A model generated the notes under the pieces. The model searched no databases, was not told the origin of the DNA, and was given only the letters and a program-made list of their open reading frames with translations. From contig JADIIX010000116.1 in the NCBI GenBank assembly GCA_027604505.1, forward strand, positions 1-64,000: 64,000 nucleotides of DNA, read 5' to 3'. Each line of letters opens with the position of its first letter. Position 1 is the stretch's first letter. The position numbers and the translations under genes are program-made. Below are positions 23,332 to 37,288 of the stretch, in pieces. This DNA comes from Gonapodya sp. JEL0774. Its lineage: Eukaryota.

Positions 23332-25818
23332 CGAACAGGAATACATCTATCCTCACGGTGAAGCACCATAGAATTGCAACATAATGCATTTCACGGCTGG
23401 TTGAAAGGAATCGAGTGTTGGAAGGGGAAAGTGAGATGTCAGAACACGGGCACCTCCTAGTTTGTCGAGTTTGCTCGTCGCAGCGCCTGCGACCGTTCTC
23501 TACTAAAATTTCGAATCTTGATTCGCGCTTTTGGTTCCTGGTTCACATGCACTGCACCTGACCTGCCTTACCTTGCGCACATATGCCATCCGCCACTGTC
23601 CCACCACAGGCGAAACTCCGCCGCCAGCGCAAGAACCGAACAAACTTTTTGAAGAAGAAGGTGCACTACGGCTGAGAGCCATTGAGATAGTAGTGAGATA
23701 GTGGATGGCGGACCTTGGAAAGAACTGCATCTGACGGAGTTTTACGCTCGCGTGTGCCTGCCGGTTGGTCTGTAATTTTGAACATTGATGTGCCACGCAC
23801 GCGGTGATGTGTTTGGGGATTCGTCACATTTTCATGGAGATTACATAAATAAATGTATTCACCGTTGTTTTTTCCTTCAGTCCACTTATTTTCTTTCCAG
23901 TGGGTGCTTTATGCCACACTATGGTTTCATCCTGTCAGTTGTTATGATCTGGAAGCCAATATTCCCTTGCCCACACGAGAATGAAGAAGCTTGGAGAGAA
24001 GGTGTTGGAGGCAAACTGCCTGATAAGGTTTACCACAAGAGGGCTGCCCCATCTTTGATGAGAAAGGATAAACTGGAGAATGGACTGGAAGTCCAGGCAT
24101 CTACGAAGGCCAAGCAGATTGCCTAATGTCTGCCAAAGAAGGCGGCCAAGGCAGTGAAGGAATGAAACAAACTCTTTATTTATTGGTGAATGTGGTAGTT
24201 TGAAGAGTCTGTCGTGAGTTAATTTTATTTAATTGATATTTTGAGACTATCGGATTCAATCAAACAATCTGAGAATGACTTGTATCTAGTTCAGCACCCT
24301 CAGTGGTGAAACAGACGAATTGCTCAGAATGCCAAGCAATTGTTCCCCACTTGTCCTTGTCTTTTACATACTATTCCCGTCCACTGTTCCCACTCCACTC
24401 CGTTCGCCCCAATGCTTATGCAGCCACACCAGCCCCTCAAGCCTCACGGTCTCGATGCCAACCTCGATGAACCGTCCCACATCCCCATCTCCCCAGCTGG
24501 ACCAACATCCTGTGCAGCCGCCAGCCATTGTATTCGGCACTCACTGCTCACTGCCACCTTCTACTCCTCACCCATGTCACACACTCACCTAGCTCACCAT
24601 CTCGATTCTCATGCCTGCTCCGCTCCTGCATCCAACGCTCCATTATTTGGTCCCCTTTCACGATCCAAATCGGTACAATTGACGAACAACGGTCGCGACA
24701 GTTGTATGTTTACTCACCTGAGCGGTTAGGCGGAAGTAGCTGGCGGTGGAATGAGGAGAGAGAGGGGAAGGAACGGCTCTCCGAATGGGTCAAGAGGCAG
24801 AGGGAAGGGGGTTTGGAGGGTGAGACTGACCAAATCAAAATCAAGAAGACTGCGGAGGTACGAGGTCTTTTGGTGCGGTTGGATGAAGACGCTAAGCGGG
24901 AAGGTGCTTTCGAGATCTAGCGAGTGAACCACACGGTACAGAACACGAACACTTTACATTCGACATTTTCAAAACCATCTGTTGTCTCGAAGACTGAGCA
25001 CCTTTCGTTATGCTCGTTCTAGAATCTAGATCTCCCCCAACCTTCTTCCCCGACCTAGTAGCCTCAGAAAGTCGTCTGTAAAGAGCCGCTCAGTTCAGAG
25101 ATACTTGAGTCCAGTACGGGTGGGTGATGCGGATACGAGGGAAGTGCAACGACGGCGCAGGTTGGTTCGGAGAGGATCGGATGTATGGATGTGAACCCTG
25201 ATCCGCCTCGCCTCCCGTCCCTCTGTTCCCCACTCGAATCGGACTGGAACTGGAAATACGGTCACACTAGTAGCGATGCCCATTATACAATCGGTCCAGT
25301 GTGATTTTTGTAGGGAACATCCAGAGGCAGAACAGGGTAGAAAACAGTCAGCTGCGAGTACGAAGGTCAGGACAATGAAGGAAAACACGAGCAGAAAACA
25401 CACAACCTCCTCGACATTCTTTTCATCCTCGAACGCCGAGCCTTCCGCATCTGCACACGTTCTATCCTCCCGTTCCACCTCGTTCACCCACTCTCCACGG
25501 CCCATCCATCTCGCCGAAGATAGACATCCTGATTATCCACAGCGTGCCTTTGGTATGTACTTTCATTCGATGTGTCACCATGTCGAACGGCGAGGCGGAT
25601 CGACGGTATGGAACGCAGTAAGCGAGGATTGGGGTGGAAATCCGAGGATTGGGGTGGAAAAGGAGACAAAAACTGGCGGGAGGTTGGAAAAACTCAGAAA
25701 GAAAGGCGAGGTTGGGCAGGGGGGAAGGGGGAGTCGGGGAGGGACCCCGCTGTGGGAGCCATTGGAGAAGCTCGCACACTGCACACACAGTGCGTTCACA
25801 AACACAAGCGACGGACGG

Positions 25819-27688
25819 ATGATGACGATGTCCCCACCGCCCGCGTCAACTCCCACGTTGCTCTTTGACCGCCTTCTTACTCTTCCCGACTTTGTCTTCA
25901 AACCACTCCGTCTTGGCGAATCCGAACCTTCTTACGAAACGAAACTCTCCACCATGCAGAAGACGTTTGATGGCGATCCGGCTCTGTTTTTGCAGAGATG
26001 GGGCCGATTCTGTAGCGAGGCGGAGTTGCGAGAGTGGTTCGGTGGAAGGCAAGGTGAGTTTTACATACCATGGGGTTTCGAGGTTTGCTCCTCAAAATCC
26101 AGATTCAATGCCATGGACTCAATGCCACTACCGTGACTGAACAGCTGACTACGAAGTGCGGCATTTTCTCTCCACTCTCCTCCCTTCTGCTCCTTCCAAC
26201 CCGCCCTCGAACTCTCAAACCCATAAAAGATCCACCATCGGCAGGTCTCCATTCCCACACCCTCCAGCTTCGAAACGAATTGCCAACCGGCGTTTTGCCC
26301 ATCTACGCCGCTCCTTACATGCACCTGAGTCAGACTATTTTTCTGACGAGGCTATGCGGATGAGGGATCCGAGCATGTATGAAGAGTTGGTTGGGAGGTT
26401 TGAGGACAAGACGGAGCAGAAGCCGTTCAAAGAGGATCAAGTGAGGTTTCTTTTGTGGCTGCGCTTGTTGTTGTGGAGTTTTTGTCTCAAAAGTTCCGTT
26501 GGTTCAGACCCTTCTCGACCGCGTCTTCCACAACCTTGACACAGCGCGATATCAGGAGGCACTCGAGGAAGCACGCTCGGTGGAGCGAGCACAAATACGT
26601 ACTCTACGGAAGGAACGGGGTCAAATTGGTACTGCTAGCGGGTACGAAAGTGAAGACGACGAGGGAGTGAGAGATATCCAGGCAGGAACTGAGACGGAAC
26701 TGGAACGAGGGACAGAGGGAGACTATGATGACGAGGATTATGATAGTGCGGGTCGCGTACCCGGACTATCGTGGGCGACTTCCTCTCGGCCTAGTTTAGT
26801 TCCACTGGGGAAGCCGGGTGACAGCGAGGATGACTTTGAAGAAGAGTTTGAAGAGGAGGAAGAGACAGACAATGATGGAGATGAGTCTATGGGAGGACCT
26901 GCTGCGGCAGTACCTCTCAAGCCCGCACCGGCTTCGCGGCCACCTCCTCGCCCTGTAGTTGCGCCTCCGACAATCCGGAAACTTCCAATTCCCGCCCGTA
27001 TGGCACCCCAAGCGCGGAAAGCGCAGCGTCTCAGAGTATCTCCGAGCACGAACGTCGCAAATGCGGATGCACGAGGTGCACAACGTATGCCTCGATCAGC
27101 TGTTCCCACCTTCTCCCCAATTTCAGTTAGTGAATCCTTCGCGCCAGCTCGCACCACGCGCCCTTCTGCTTTATCGTCGTCCTCTTCCTCTCAAAAACCA
27201 CCTACCACTGTAGGTCATGGTCGTCTCTCCGAATCTGTTGGGGAGATTGACCTGCTAGAAGCCCTTGACGAGTCATCGAATCTGGAGGCCGCATTGGACA
27301 TGGTAAAGGAACAGGAACTGGCGAGAAGAGTGGGAAGAGAGGACTTGATTAGGGTGATGGAGCAGAGATTCTTGGGTGGAGGCGATGTGAGTTCGGATGG
27401 TGTTGAGGTCCCTTCCGCGCATGATTATGGACTGACGATCCCCCTCCCCAACAGTTGGACTTCAACTACGCTTCTGTTGATAATGACCCAGAGCTCGATG
27501 ACTTGGCTGCGGAGGAGCGAGACCTGCAGGAGCGATATTTTGCCGATTCAGCAGAGGAGGAGGACACGTTTGACGAGGGTGACATCGAACAGCAAGGGGG
27601 AGACAAATCGGGGAACCAAAAGAGGGAGAACTGGCTGGGTATGGAGGAGAAACGAGCAAGTCAGTATACCGGGAGGTTGGACTATTGA
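25819..27688 (+). CDS. CCDC97: CCDC97 / DUF2052 family protein
   Basis: DPALFLQRWG; NRRFAHL...YFSDEAMRMRDPSMYEELVGRF; MEQRFLGGGD..DFNYASVDNDPELDD..ERDLQERYF. Confidence 0.85.
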
Positions 27689-27916
27689 TGGAGTACATTC
27701 ACAACATTCACGATTTCATGACACGAGTAGTTGCATTTAGCTCAAGTACATCCACAGAATTGATGCAAAAAGATGGTTTCGATGCGAATCGGCCAAAGCT
27801 TTGCCGTCATCCGACTGCCACCGCCCCAGCCATCCTTCCCCCGTATCCTTTCCACTTCCCACCCCATCACACTCCACGTCCAAATCAGCGAGGAACAAAT
27901 CCATCCGACGACTGAC

Positions 27917-29411
27917 ATGTCTTACCCTCCTACAGCTCGCCAGTGGATTGTCAAATCATATCCCGATGGCGATCTCGTTCCCGAGAAGGTTTTCGAAGCG
28001 CGGACAGCCAAAATTCCTCCGTTGAAGGACGGAGAAGTGCTCGTGAAGCAGCTGTACTTGTCTCTGGATCCGGCAAGTGAGTTTTTCACAATGAGCTTTC
28101 GTCTATATCTCTCAATGGATTTCTCCACTCTCCAGTGCGCGCCGTTGGTCTAAGTGAGTCCAACCACATAAGCCCTCCTCACGATTTCCAACATTTGTTG
28201 ACCCTAACCCAGACCCCAATGCACGGGGTTATGCTCCCCCTAATCCCATTGGCTCAATCATGGCTGGCGGCTCCATTGGCCAGATTGTCGCCTCTCGCAA
28301 TCCTGCGTTCCCGGTTGGTGAACGTTTGAACACAGGAATGGGGTGGCAGGAATACTTTGTCATCGTACCCAAGGAAGGTATGAGATCTGTGAAAGGTGCC
28401 GCATCGGTGGATTTGATGAGCGTTTTGGGTGGGACGGGGTGGGTGGTGGTGTGCCGATTTGCACTGGCTTGTGGTGCATTTGGAAAATAATAGCCACTCT
28501 TCAGAATGACAGCATACTTTGGTGTTTTTGATATTCTAAAGCCAAAACCTGGCCAGCTTGCCATTGTTTCTGGGGTGAGTACATTTCCAAGTTGCGCGCA
28601 ACGTGTATACTTCACAATGGACCTTTGATTCCCTCGCAAACGCAACTAGGCTGCCGGAGCGACAGGTCTCATCGCCACTCAGTTACTCAAGATTGCGGGT
28701 TGCACAGTGATCGCTATCGCTGGTACCAAGGAGAAGTGCGCCGCCCTGAAGAGCAAATACGGCGCAGATTATGCTTGGAACTACAAAGAAGGGAGGGAGG
28801 CCATCAAGCAGAAGCTCAGAGATCTTGGTAGATTCGTGGATCTTTACTTTGACAACGTTGGGGGGTATGTATGGGCTTGTGTTTGTACTGTGGTAGAAGC
28901 TCCTGCCGTGCTTACCGACTTTGAGCGAAGGTGGATTCTTGCCGAGATCCTTGAGCGAATCGCACTGAATGGTCGGATTGCTCTTTGCGGACAGATCTCT
29001 CTGTAAGTGGTACTCTGGGAGTAGAGTGCTTTCTTACCTGACGAAAGTTGATGGAATGTAGATACAACTCGAAAGATCCAGCCTACCCCCTCAACACAAT
29101 GCTTCTAGTGACCCAGAGGGCGATCATGCAGGGGTTCCTCGTGTTAGATTATGTTACGAAGTTTCCGGAAGCTCGGGCTAAAATGGCGAACTGGATTGCG
29201 GATGGCAAGCTCAAGGGAGAGCAGACGATTGTCGAAGGGTGGGTTGGCCTAGTGAAAGCAGCTTTCTCGAAAGCCTCCTGACCTATTTATTATTGTTGCG
29301 CTAAGTTTCGAGAACATTCCCCGACACTTTCTGAAGCTCTTCGACGGAAGCAATACCGGGAAATTGCTCGTCAAGGTTGGTGAGGAGATTCAACAAGGGT
29401 CCAAGTTGTGA
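27917..29411 (+). CDS. NADP-dependent alkenal/enone reductase (PTGR1/CurA-like MDR family) with a C-terminal PTS1 (-SKL)
   Basis: LKDGEVLVKQLYLSLDPAMR; GWQEY; TAYFG; VSGAAGATG; YFDNVGG; GRIALCGQIS.YN; last exon LFDGSNTGKLLVKVGEEIQQGSKL*. Confidence 0.9.
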
Positions 29412-29601
29412 GGGATGGGTCTGTGTGAAACGGGGGAGGCAGAATTCCCTATTCCTTCCACAGTGTAGTGTCAGTCTATAGTTGTGTGATGCTGAAAACA
29501 CACGGCACCGCGACCACAGTCAGTTTATAAACGTGACGTTCTCGGGAATAGTTAGATGAATTGGAGTTGATAACTTCAAATCCACTCTTCAGCCTGTCTC
29601 G

Positions 29602-32262
29602 ATGGTAATCTATCGATCTCCCTTTCCACCTGTCGATGAAATTATTCCGGATGTGAACCTCTACGAGTGTGTTCCTCCTCCTTTCTGTGCGCCCCTCTTG
29701 GTATATCACTTTTAATCCGTGAACGCGACGCCGTTCAGTTTTCTCTTGGGCGGTTTGGATTCAGCCTCCTCTCCCAGTGCGGCTGCGAAACTCCCCTCTG
29801 ACCTTGATCCCAATTATGAAAGACTGTTTCGGTGGATCCGGAGCCGAACTTTGAACTTCAAATTCCATCCAGCAATCGTAGATGCGACTTCGGGCAAAAC
29901 TTACACTTACCTGGAGTTGCGGACTCGCACAGAGGAATTAGCTCGGGCTATGAATGATCCAAAAGCGCCGTTAAAACTAGTCGCCGGTGACAGAGTGATT
30001 CTTTTCGTGAGTTTTGAACGCATGTATTTCCTAGCGTCCGTTCGACCGTCTTGATTTTCTTTGTTATGTGGAGTACAGTCTCCAAATCATGTGGGTGAGC
30101 CGTGATTCCAAGATCATGATCGCATATGTTCCCATTCTGCTCCCACCGTCTCCCCAGATTGAGTTACCGGTCGTGCTACTCGCAGCAGCAAGAATAGGTG
30201 TTGCAGTGTCAACAGGTGTGACGATTTCGTGCGATATCTGATTTTGCATTTTCTTCCACTGCAACACCTATTCGTGCTTCCGAATTAGCACACTTCTCGT
30301 TTACCGTCGACGAACTCACCAGCCAACTCAAAGTATGCGACGCAAAGGCCATTTTTACCCACACGAGCTTGCTCCGCGTCGCTCTTGACGCGGCGCGCAA
30401 TGTCGGGATTCCTCGGACCTCTATTTTTGTTCTCGACGGTGAAGCACCCCTTTCTTCGCAGCCGCAAGGACCCGCAGGGCTTACCAGTGTCAATGAACTT
30501 GTGGAAAGAGGGAAGGAACTTCCCTTCACCCAGCTCACAAATTTCGCACTGCTAGATTTGAAGCGCACTCCATTGTATATTCCTTTCTCTTCGGGAACAA
30601 CGGGTCGCCCAAAAGGTGCGAATGCAGCCTCGTTCTCAGCTCCTGATTTTTCATGGAGTTGTCAATTCACTGGCTGTCAACAGGGGTCGTGCTGTCTCAT
30701 TCAAATATCGTCAGCAACGTTGTCCAGTTGCTCGCGGCCTGGCAAAGGCAGCCTCGCAGCGCGAAACAGACAAACACAAATATCCGTACTCTTCGTGAAG
30801 AGTACGACTTTTTCTTCCACGAGAACGGGGGAAAAGATGCATTTTTGGTGTTCCTTCCGTTGAGCCACGCATATGCGCTCTCCATACTCAATCTGGCGCT
30901 TGCAGTTGGGGGAAAAGTTGTGATCATGCAGCGTTACACTTTGGACTCGATGTTGAGGGTGATTCAGGAGGTGAGTATCGCCTGTGCATGGACGCCCCCT
31001 TTCTGAGACTTACCAAGCTATGGTCGGTTTTCAAAGCACAAAATCACATTTGTGAGAGTGCTAGTTGCAAGGTTATCCACCAACCAGGCATTCTGCAATC
31101 AATTTTGTTTTCTTTTTATCAGCTTCCGGTGGTCCCTTCCATACTACTGACAATGTCTCAAAGCCCCCTTACGGATCCGAACAGCCGGTCATATGATTTG
31201 AACTCACTTCGTGTCATCCATACCGCTGCAGCTCCGTCCTCTTTGTCTGTTGCCAAAGAAGTAGAGCGACGGATGAATTCGGTGATCGTCGATGCATACG
31301 GAATGACTGAAATGTCTCCAGGAATAACACTCACAACTTATACCAACCCGACTAAAGACGCAACAGGATACTCTGGAGTGCTGAATCCCAGTACAGAGGC
31401 AAGGGTGGTCTCTCCCGGCGACTCGGCAAAGGACGTGGGCATCGGCGAAGAAGGTAGGAATACTGATGATTTCAGAAGCTATTTTTCTCACAGCTTGAAT
31501 CAGGTGAAATTCTTGTGCGAGGCCCCCAACTGATGCAGCAATATCTCGCAGTGCGTTGAATTATTGAAGTTTGTGTGTCATCAGCCGTGCCAGTCCGTGC
31601 ACAGACATCCCCACCTCCCAACCTCCCCCCCCTACTACCCCTGGCCACAACCCCAACCTCATCCCACTCACCCCTACATTGCTACTAAATAGGACGATAC
31701 CGAAGCGGCTAGGGAAGTAATAACTAGCGATGGTTGGCTGCGTACAGGGGACTTGGGGCGAATCAACGCTGAGGGTTTGGTCACAATAACGGAGCGATTA
31801 AAAGAGTTGATTAAGTACAAAGGGATCTCAGTACCACCGTAAGTTCACATCCCACCCTTCATGCATCTTGACTATGACTGACTGCAATTCAGGGCCGAAC
31901 TCGAGTCTCTCATACTTCTCCATCCCGGTGTCGCCGATTGTTGTGTTGTCGGTGTTCCTGACGAATCAGCTGGAGAACTACCAAAGGCATATGTTGTGCC
32001 CCGGGATCCAAAGGGTCGGTCAGACCAACAACTTTCAGAAGATGTTGCATCCTTTGTTGCAGCGCGTGTGGCTCCGTTCAAGCATTTGCGAGGGGGTGTG
32101 GAGGTGGTTGCGAGCATTCCGAAATCACGTACTGGAAAACTGGAGCGGAAACTTCTCAGAGATCAGGAGAGAGAAAAATATAAACTTCGGCTTTCAGAAA
32201 CAAAGGTGGGCAAAAAAACAACCCCGACGAAGAAGAGGGGAGGATTGAAATTGAAACTTTAG
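29602..32262 (+). CDS. 4-coumarate-CoA ligase-like acyl-CoA synthetase (AMP-binding enzyme)
   Basis: MVIYRSPFP start; IPFSSGTTGRPKGV.LSHSN; LPLSHAYAL; AYGMTEMSP; GWLRTGDLG; RLKELIKYKG; GELPKAYVV; IPKSRTGKLERK. Confidence 0.92.
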
Positions 32263-32346
32263 TAGCATATGAACACCATCCTATTCAGTAATACGCTCTC
32301 TGCTTGCATCAATAAAATAGTCAATACTATTGTGCGACTAGCGATC

Positions 32347-35293
32347 TCACAATTGATCGGTTGTTCGTCCAAGAATATCTGTTTCACGAACAGGAATTAT
32401 TCTCCCAACTTCTCTGTCCAGTGGGGTATGTCGTGCGAGATGGGCAAGTGTCCCAAGGAAATCGTCAGCCGGATAACGGTACGTGAGAAGACTTAAATGG
32501 GGAAGAAGTGAGCGCGCATGCTCCAGAAGTTCCGTGTCACTTGTGATGGAGATTTTTGGTGAACGGAAACGAATCAATAACGCAGCAAGCTGGAAAAGGA
32601 AGCAGCACTGGGTTAGCATCGGAAGAACTTAGAAAAAGCACTTCGAGCACTTACTTCACTCTCCACCCGATATTCCCTGGTTGGCATGAACCGCTGAAGG
32701 AGGGCAACGAGAGAAGTTCTGATCAACCACACGGTTGCAGCAACTCTGTGAAACAGACTCACACGCTCGTTCTCCTTCTTGCAGCACTTCCTACATTTCC
32801 ACAACGCACCCACATCATCTGCTTCGGGTTCCTGAAATCCTTCGCAAGCTGCATGATGAAACGAGTGGCATGCAATGCATCGGAGAACGAATCCCGTGTA
32901 CGATACCACAGGCAGAATATTTTCACACGAACAAGAAAATCGTGCACCCCGTTCTAAGAATTCTCGTTTTGGAAGCCGAGGTCCCTCAACCGCAATGGGA
33001 ATCGAATCTTTAATTTCAGAGGGAACTTTACCAATCGAGAATTGAGGTACTCCAAAATCGCCCTGAATGGTTTGGAGCGGTTCTCGGTGAACGGAGGATG
33101 TGCCAGCCGTCAGACATGGCGTTGTGCTCGTTTTCACAGAGCAAATGGAAGAGATTGTCGGCGCATGTTCCAAGTACTCGGTCACAACTGTTGGTTCGGG
33201 AGGTGGTGCTGAGCGAATGTGGTTCTCTTTGTCCTCAGACTCAGATTTGCTCATAGACACGTCCACGTCCATTTGACCCTCTCTCAATTTAGCACGATGA
33301 CTTGAGCCCTTGTCCGACTTTGCTAAAACCGCTCCACCTCTGGAACATAAGGCCAAATCCGCAAATGTCGGAGTTCGTTTCTGTTGTCCGATTCCCGATG
33401 AGAATAATGGCTTAGTAACTTTCACCAATCCTCTTGAGCTTCCGTCTCTCCTCCGCCGACTCGGCATTTTAGGTGTCCTGACGGGACGAGTATCCAGGAG
33501 ACTTTGTCGCACCGGTGAGCCATGCCCGGGAACCGCAATGGATGAAGATGTGTTAAGTGAGCAATTAAGGCGTGGTGTTGGTGGACCGGAGGGTGGAGGA
33601 GAGTCAAGACGGACCGAGCGGGAGGAACTATCAACAGGGAGAACTGAACGGGGGAGTCGAGATGCTTGGTGACGGATTTGATAGGTCAATTGATCAGCAG
33701 CTGACAAGTGCTCAGAGGGTAAACGAGAGAAGTTAGATGCCGGGTTTTGGTGAGGCAGAGGTGGCATCGGTGAAGGAGTGGGGGTTGGTGTCGCACGAGG
33801 TGGTGTATTGTGACTTTCTGGACGGGGAACTAGGGCAGGCGCTCTTGAGTAGTTCGATTGCAATTCCAGAGGGGAGAAGCCGTCATGGGAGACGGCAGCA
33901 GGACTAGCGCTGACAGGCAATTGTCTTGGCGAAAGGAGGCGCGGCCTTCGTGTTTGGTTTACCCTCGTTTCCGGCGACAAAGCTTCGCAGTTCCGTATGT
34001 GACCCCTAGGCGAAGAGAAAGTGTTGGGCCTGGTTTCTATTCGAACTTCGCCCGGCTGAGGCTCAGTGGGATATTTCGGATCGATCAACTTTGATGAAGG
34101 TGCGTCGTAGAGACTGGATGAGGTATGCTCTGCGGAAACTCCACGTGTGGATATACCTTCAGGCAGATACCGCCCGAGGGTCTTCCGATCGCGAGGCGGT
34201 GATTTGGATTTCAACTCAACAACAATCTCGCGATCCGTAGCTGGCCGTTTTCTGGCGCGATGACTTGACTTTTCAGGGTCCAGCTTTTGCAACGCTCTTG
34301 AACTTGCCGCAGTCGTTTCAACAACAGGAGGTAATGCGAAACTTGAGTCCCCTTTGCTGCGCGTTTCCAAAGTGTCCCTTATCCACTCCTTTCCCTTTCT
34401 AGTACTCTGATTCCCTACTTTGACCTTGGTGCTGCTCTGAGCGAGAAGCTTGGCTGGGTCATATTCTTCGTCATCGTCCGAGTCGTCGATGGTGCAATTT
34501 TTCGCCAAAAGCGTACTCCGCAGGACTTTCGAGCCTCCACCCTCCCCTTCCGAGTCACTGTCACTACTCCCGGGAAGGAGCCGAATGTTGAGTGCAGTTT
34601 TGCGGGATCGATGTGATGTTGCTTTGGAAGAGTGATGTGTCAGTCGCGATTTGGAGGCAGGCTTCCGCCTTGGTTTTGAGTGCCGAGAGAGTCGAAGATT
34701 GCCCGCACTCCCATCACTGGGGTTGGAACCTAGAGACGCCAGAGAAGATTCCTCAATGTCGTCGCCACTCCCGCTTCGTTTGAATGATTCGCCCGAGCTA
34801 CTAGAGCCCGTATCCTCTTCAGCATCATCAGGCACCACGAAATTACCAAGTTCGGACAGGATCCTTTCGTCCTCTTTCGTGTTCTGTCGAACCCGGTTGG
34901 TGGAGTTGTAGTCAGGAATGATATTGCCCACACCTGGCATTGCAGATATATGGTGTTTCAAAGGCTTCTTGTGACCTTTACGTCTGTTTTGGAGGGAGAA
35001 GGACGAGGGAAAGGAGTCAAATCGCGGGTGACTCCTTGGTTTCCAAATCTCTCTCACCCATCAAAGCCGCCACTACTTTTGCCCATCGACTCCTCTTCAC
35101 AACTTTCACCATCAGAATCTAATCGTTGTCTTTTTCGCCTGGGGGGCTTCACCTCGTCCGATCGCCCCTTCTTCCGACGTCCGTATGTTTCGTTGTTCCT
35201 GGCGATTCGATCATAATTCCAATCATTCTCCGATTCACTCGTATTTTCCATCTCAGAGTCACTGGTCTCTATTCGATGGCCTCGTATCGGCAT
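32347..35293 (-). CDS. Nuclear hypothetical protein with a PHD-finger-like Cys/His cluster near the C-terminus
   Basis: NLS-like RRKKGR..PPRRKRQR. The zinc-finger pattern reads CSC...RCIACHSFHHAACEG...WKCRKC. The middle is long, S/P-rich and disordered. Confidence 0.65.
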
Positions 35294-35431
35294 CGGATGG
35301 TGTATTCTGGACGCAAGCTTTTCTTCGCAAATTATATACACACTGTTAACCTGTGCACGGACCCACACTTTCGATATTAGGGGCACCGCGACACGTTTTC
35401 AGTTACAGACGATGTATTCTGGTTTGTTCCG

Positions 35432-36826
35432 TTAACAGAAATCCTCGGCAGTGACTTCGGTTTGCTTCCGCACGCGGCATTCCACACCTTGTTCCCGAAG
35501 GTTTCGCTTCAGCTTCCGAGTATCTTGCTTATGACGATCCGAATGCCTACTACCCTCATTCACACGCAAAGTCAATGTTTTGAGGCACTGCAGGTGCTCA
35601 ACGAGTTCCACAATCAGAGAACAAACGTCTCCCCAGTTCCAACACTCTTTACCAGGTGCAAAAAATACCAGGTCAAGGCTTTCAAGGTTTGGAAAAGTTA
35701 TAGGTGCCACATGGCAAAACATGCGCAGGCTTTTCACATTGCGATGATCCCAACGGATGCCAAGGTGAGTGAGAGTCGGTCTGACCAGCCTCCCACCAAA
35801 CTCTGTATCACTTGTAGCAAGCGCGTGCCAATCTGCTGCTGAAGCTCCGACAAAGCCGAGGCGCTCAAGATGAGGTAAAGCATGCAACGTCTCGACGAGT
35901 CTCCACTGTTGACGTGAACGCCAAACACGCACTAAGTTGGCGCCACAACATGCGAGGTCAGACGTCTCATGAACAGTCACTTCGGACAAATTCGGGAAAA
36001 GATAGAGGAGGTCCGCGAAACACGCAAGGTTGTCCAAGTTGACCACCGTGATCTTTTGTACACTGGAGATGGGCGCGAAATGGCTCTGAGGTGCGCTCAA
36101 GAGTCCTCCTCCCAACCATTGAGTTGGAAATCGAACCATGCATGGACGGAGTTCCCGTAAGATAGGAAAGGCCGACATTGCTGCAGACGCATCAGCAATC
36201 TCGAACCGAGCACAGCGATTGAATAGGAATCGCTGCTTTGTAGATCCAAAGCGGCGTGCGAACAGATGTGCAAGGGTATCTGTCCATGGTTGTGGTTGTA
36301 TGTGTATCCACTTGTCTGACACAAAAAGCTGCGCCTCCAGGCAGTATATGTGAGCAGTGCCATCCTGCTGCTTGAACACACTTAGTGTATCCGCAATAGA
36401 GCAGTTCTTGAAGGAGAGCCCAGCCCTAGTGGGAAACTTTGGGCCAGAAGTGGGGGATAATGCGGCCCTTGAGAGTGGACGCAAACCTCTTGCGAAATTG
36501 TGGGAAAAGCCCATCAAGAATGTAACATCCACGACAACAGGAAAAGCTGTACACATTTGAGAGCAATCAATTGGCCGAACGATCGCAAGTAACGTACTTG
36601 AAGTCAAGTCGAGAGTGGCGATTCTAATGACTTTGTTTACGCGCGGAAGTGCGAGATAGATGGAACTTGGTGGACAGTAACTTGCGATATGTGTCAAAAG
36701 TTCCCGTGGCAGTCCCTGTATGCTCACTCCTGTTTTGTTCGCCGAAAACTCAACAGAAGGATCGTCCCCATCCGAATCAATAACCCTACAGCGCTTTAAA
36801 CGGCGAAGCACTGGTTGGTCTGACAT
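35432..36826 (-). CDS. F-box protein with an LRR-like C-terminal region, apparently single exon
   Basis: IQGLPRELLTHIASYCPPSSIYLALPRVNK is F-box-like. FPNLSEV, LPHLERL and FPNLESLDL are LRR-like repeats. Confidence 0.7.
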   Translation of the reverse strand: MSDQPVLRRLKRCRVIDSDGDDPSVEFSANKTGVSIQGLPRELLTHIASYCPPSSIYLALPRVNKVIRIATLDLTSSTLLAIVRPIDCSQMCTAFPVVVDVTFLMGFSHNFARGLRPLSRAALSPTSGPKFPTRAGLSFKNCSIADTLSVFKQQDGTAHIYCLEAQLFVSDKWIHIQPQPWTDTLAHLFARRFGSTKQRFLFNRCARFEIADASAAMSAFPILRELRPCMVRFPTQWLGGGLLSAPQSHFAPISSVQKITVVNLDNLACFADLLYLFPNLSEVTVHETSDLACCGANLVRVWRSRQQWRLVETLHALPHLERLGFVGASAADWHALATSDTEFGGRLVRPTLTHLGIRWDHRNVKSLRMFCHVAPITFPNLESLDLVFFAPGKECWNWGDVCSLIVELVEHLQCLKTLTLRVNEGSRHSDRHKQDTRKLKRNLREQGVECRVRKQTEVTAEDFC

Positions 36827-37288
36827 TTTTTTACTGGCGGTCGCAGCCCCGTTTGGGAGTGCACTGCTCGGGATATGTGGGCGAACGAGTATGATTGGAG
36901 GAGCGAATGCCGTAGTTAGGTGTTTGATCGTGTCACAATGCTGTGTAGGGACGGAAAAGGGACGTTAAATGCATATTCGCATATTCGCCAGCAGTTGCTC
37001 GATGATTATATTTCTCTCACCGCCCTGTGGGGACGTCCGGGGATCCCCGAACTCGGCCCACCCTTCTTTTGATGGGGAGTTTTGTCTACATTTGTGTCTC
37101 TTCTTTATTACCGATTTGCTTGTGAATTAGATTGTCGCTTACGTGTACTCAACTAACGTGACACTATTCATTTCCCATTGTACAACTTTTTACGTGTCCC
37201 AGCTCATTCTTCTTGACTCACAACAGGGCAGTTAACCAGACCTCGCCTGTAGAGGTTCTCCAGTGACATTCCAAAGTCCATCTCTCCC

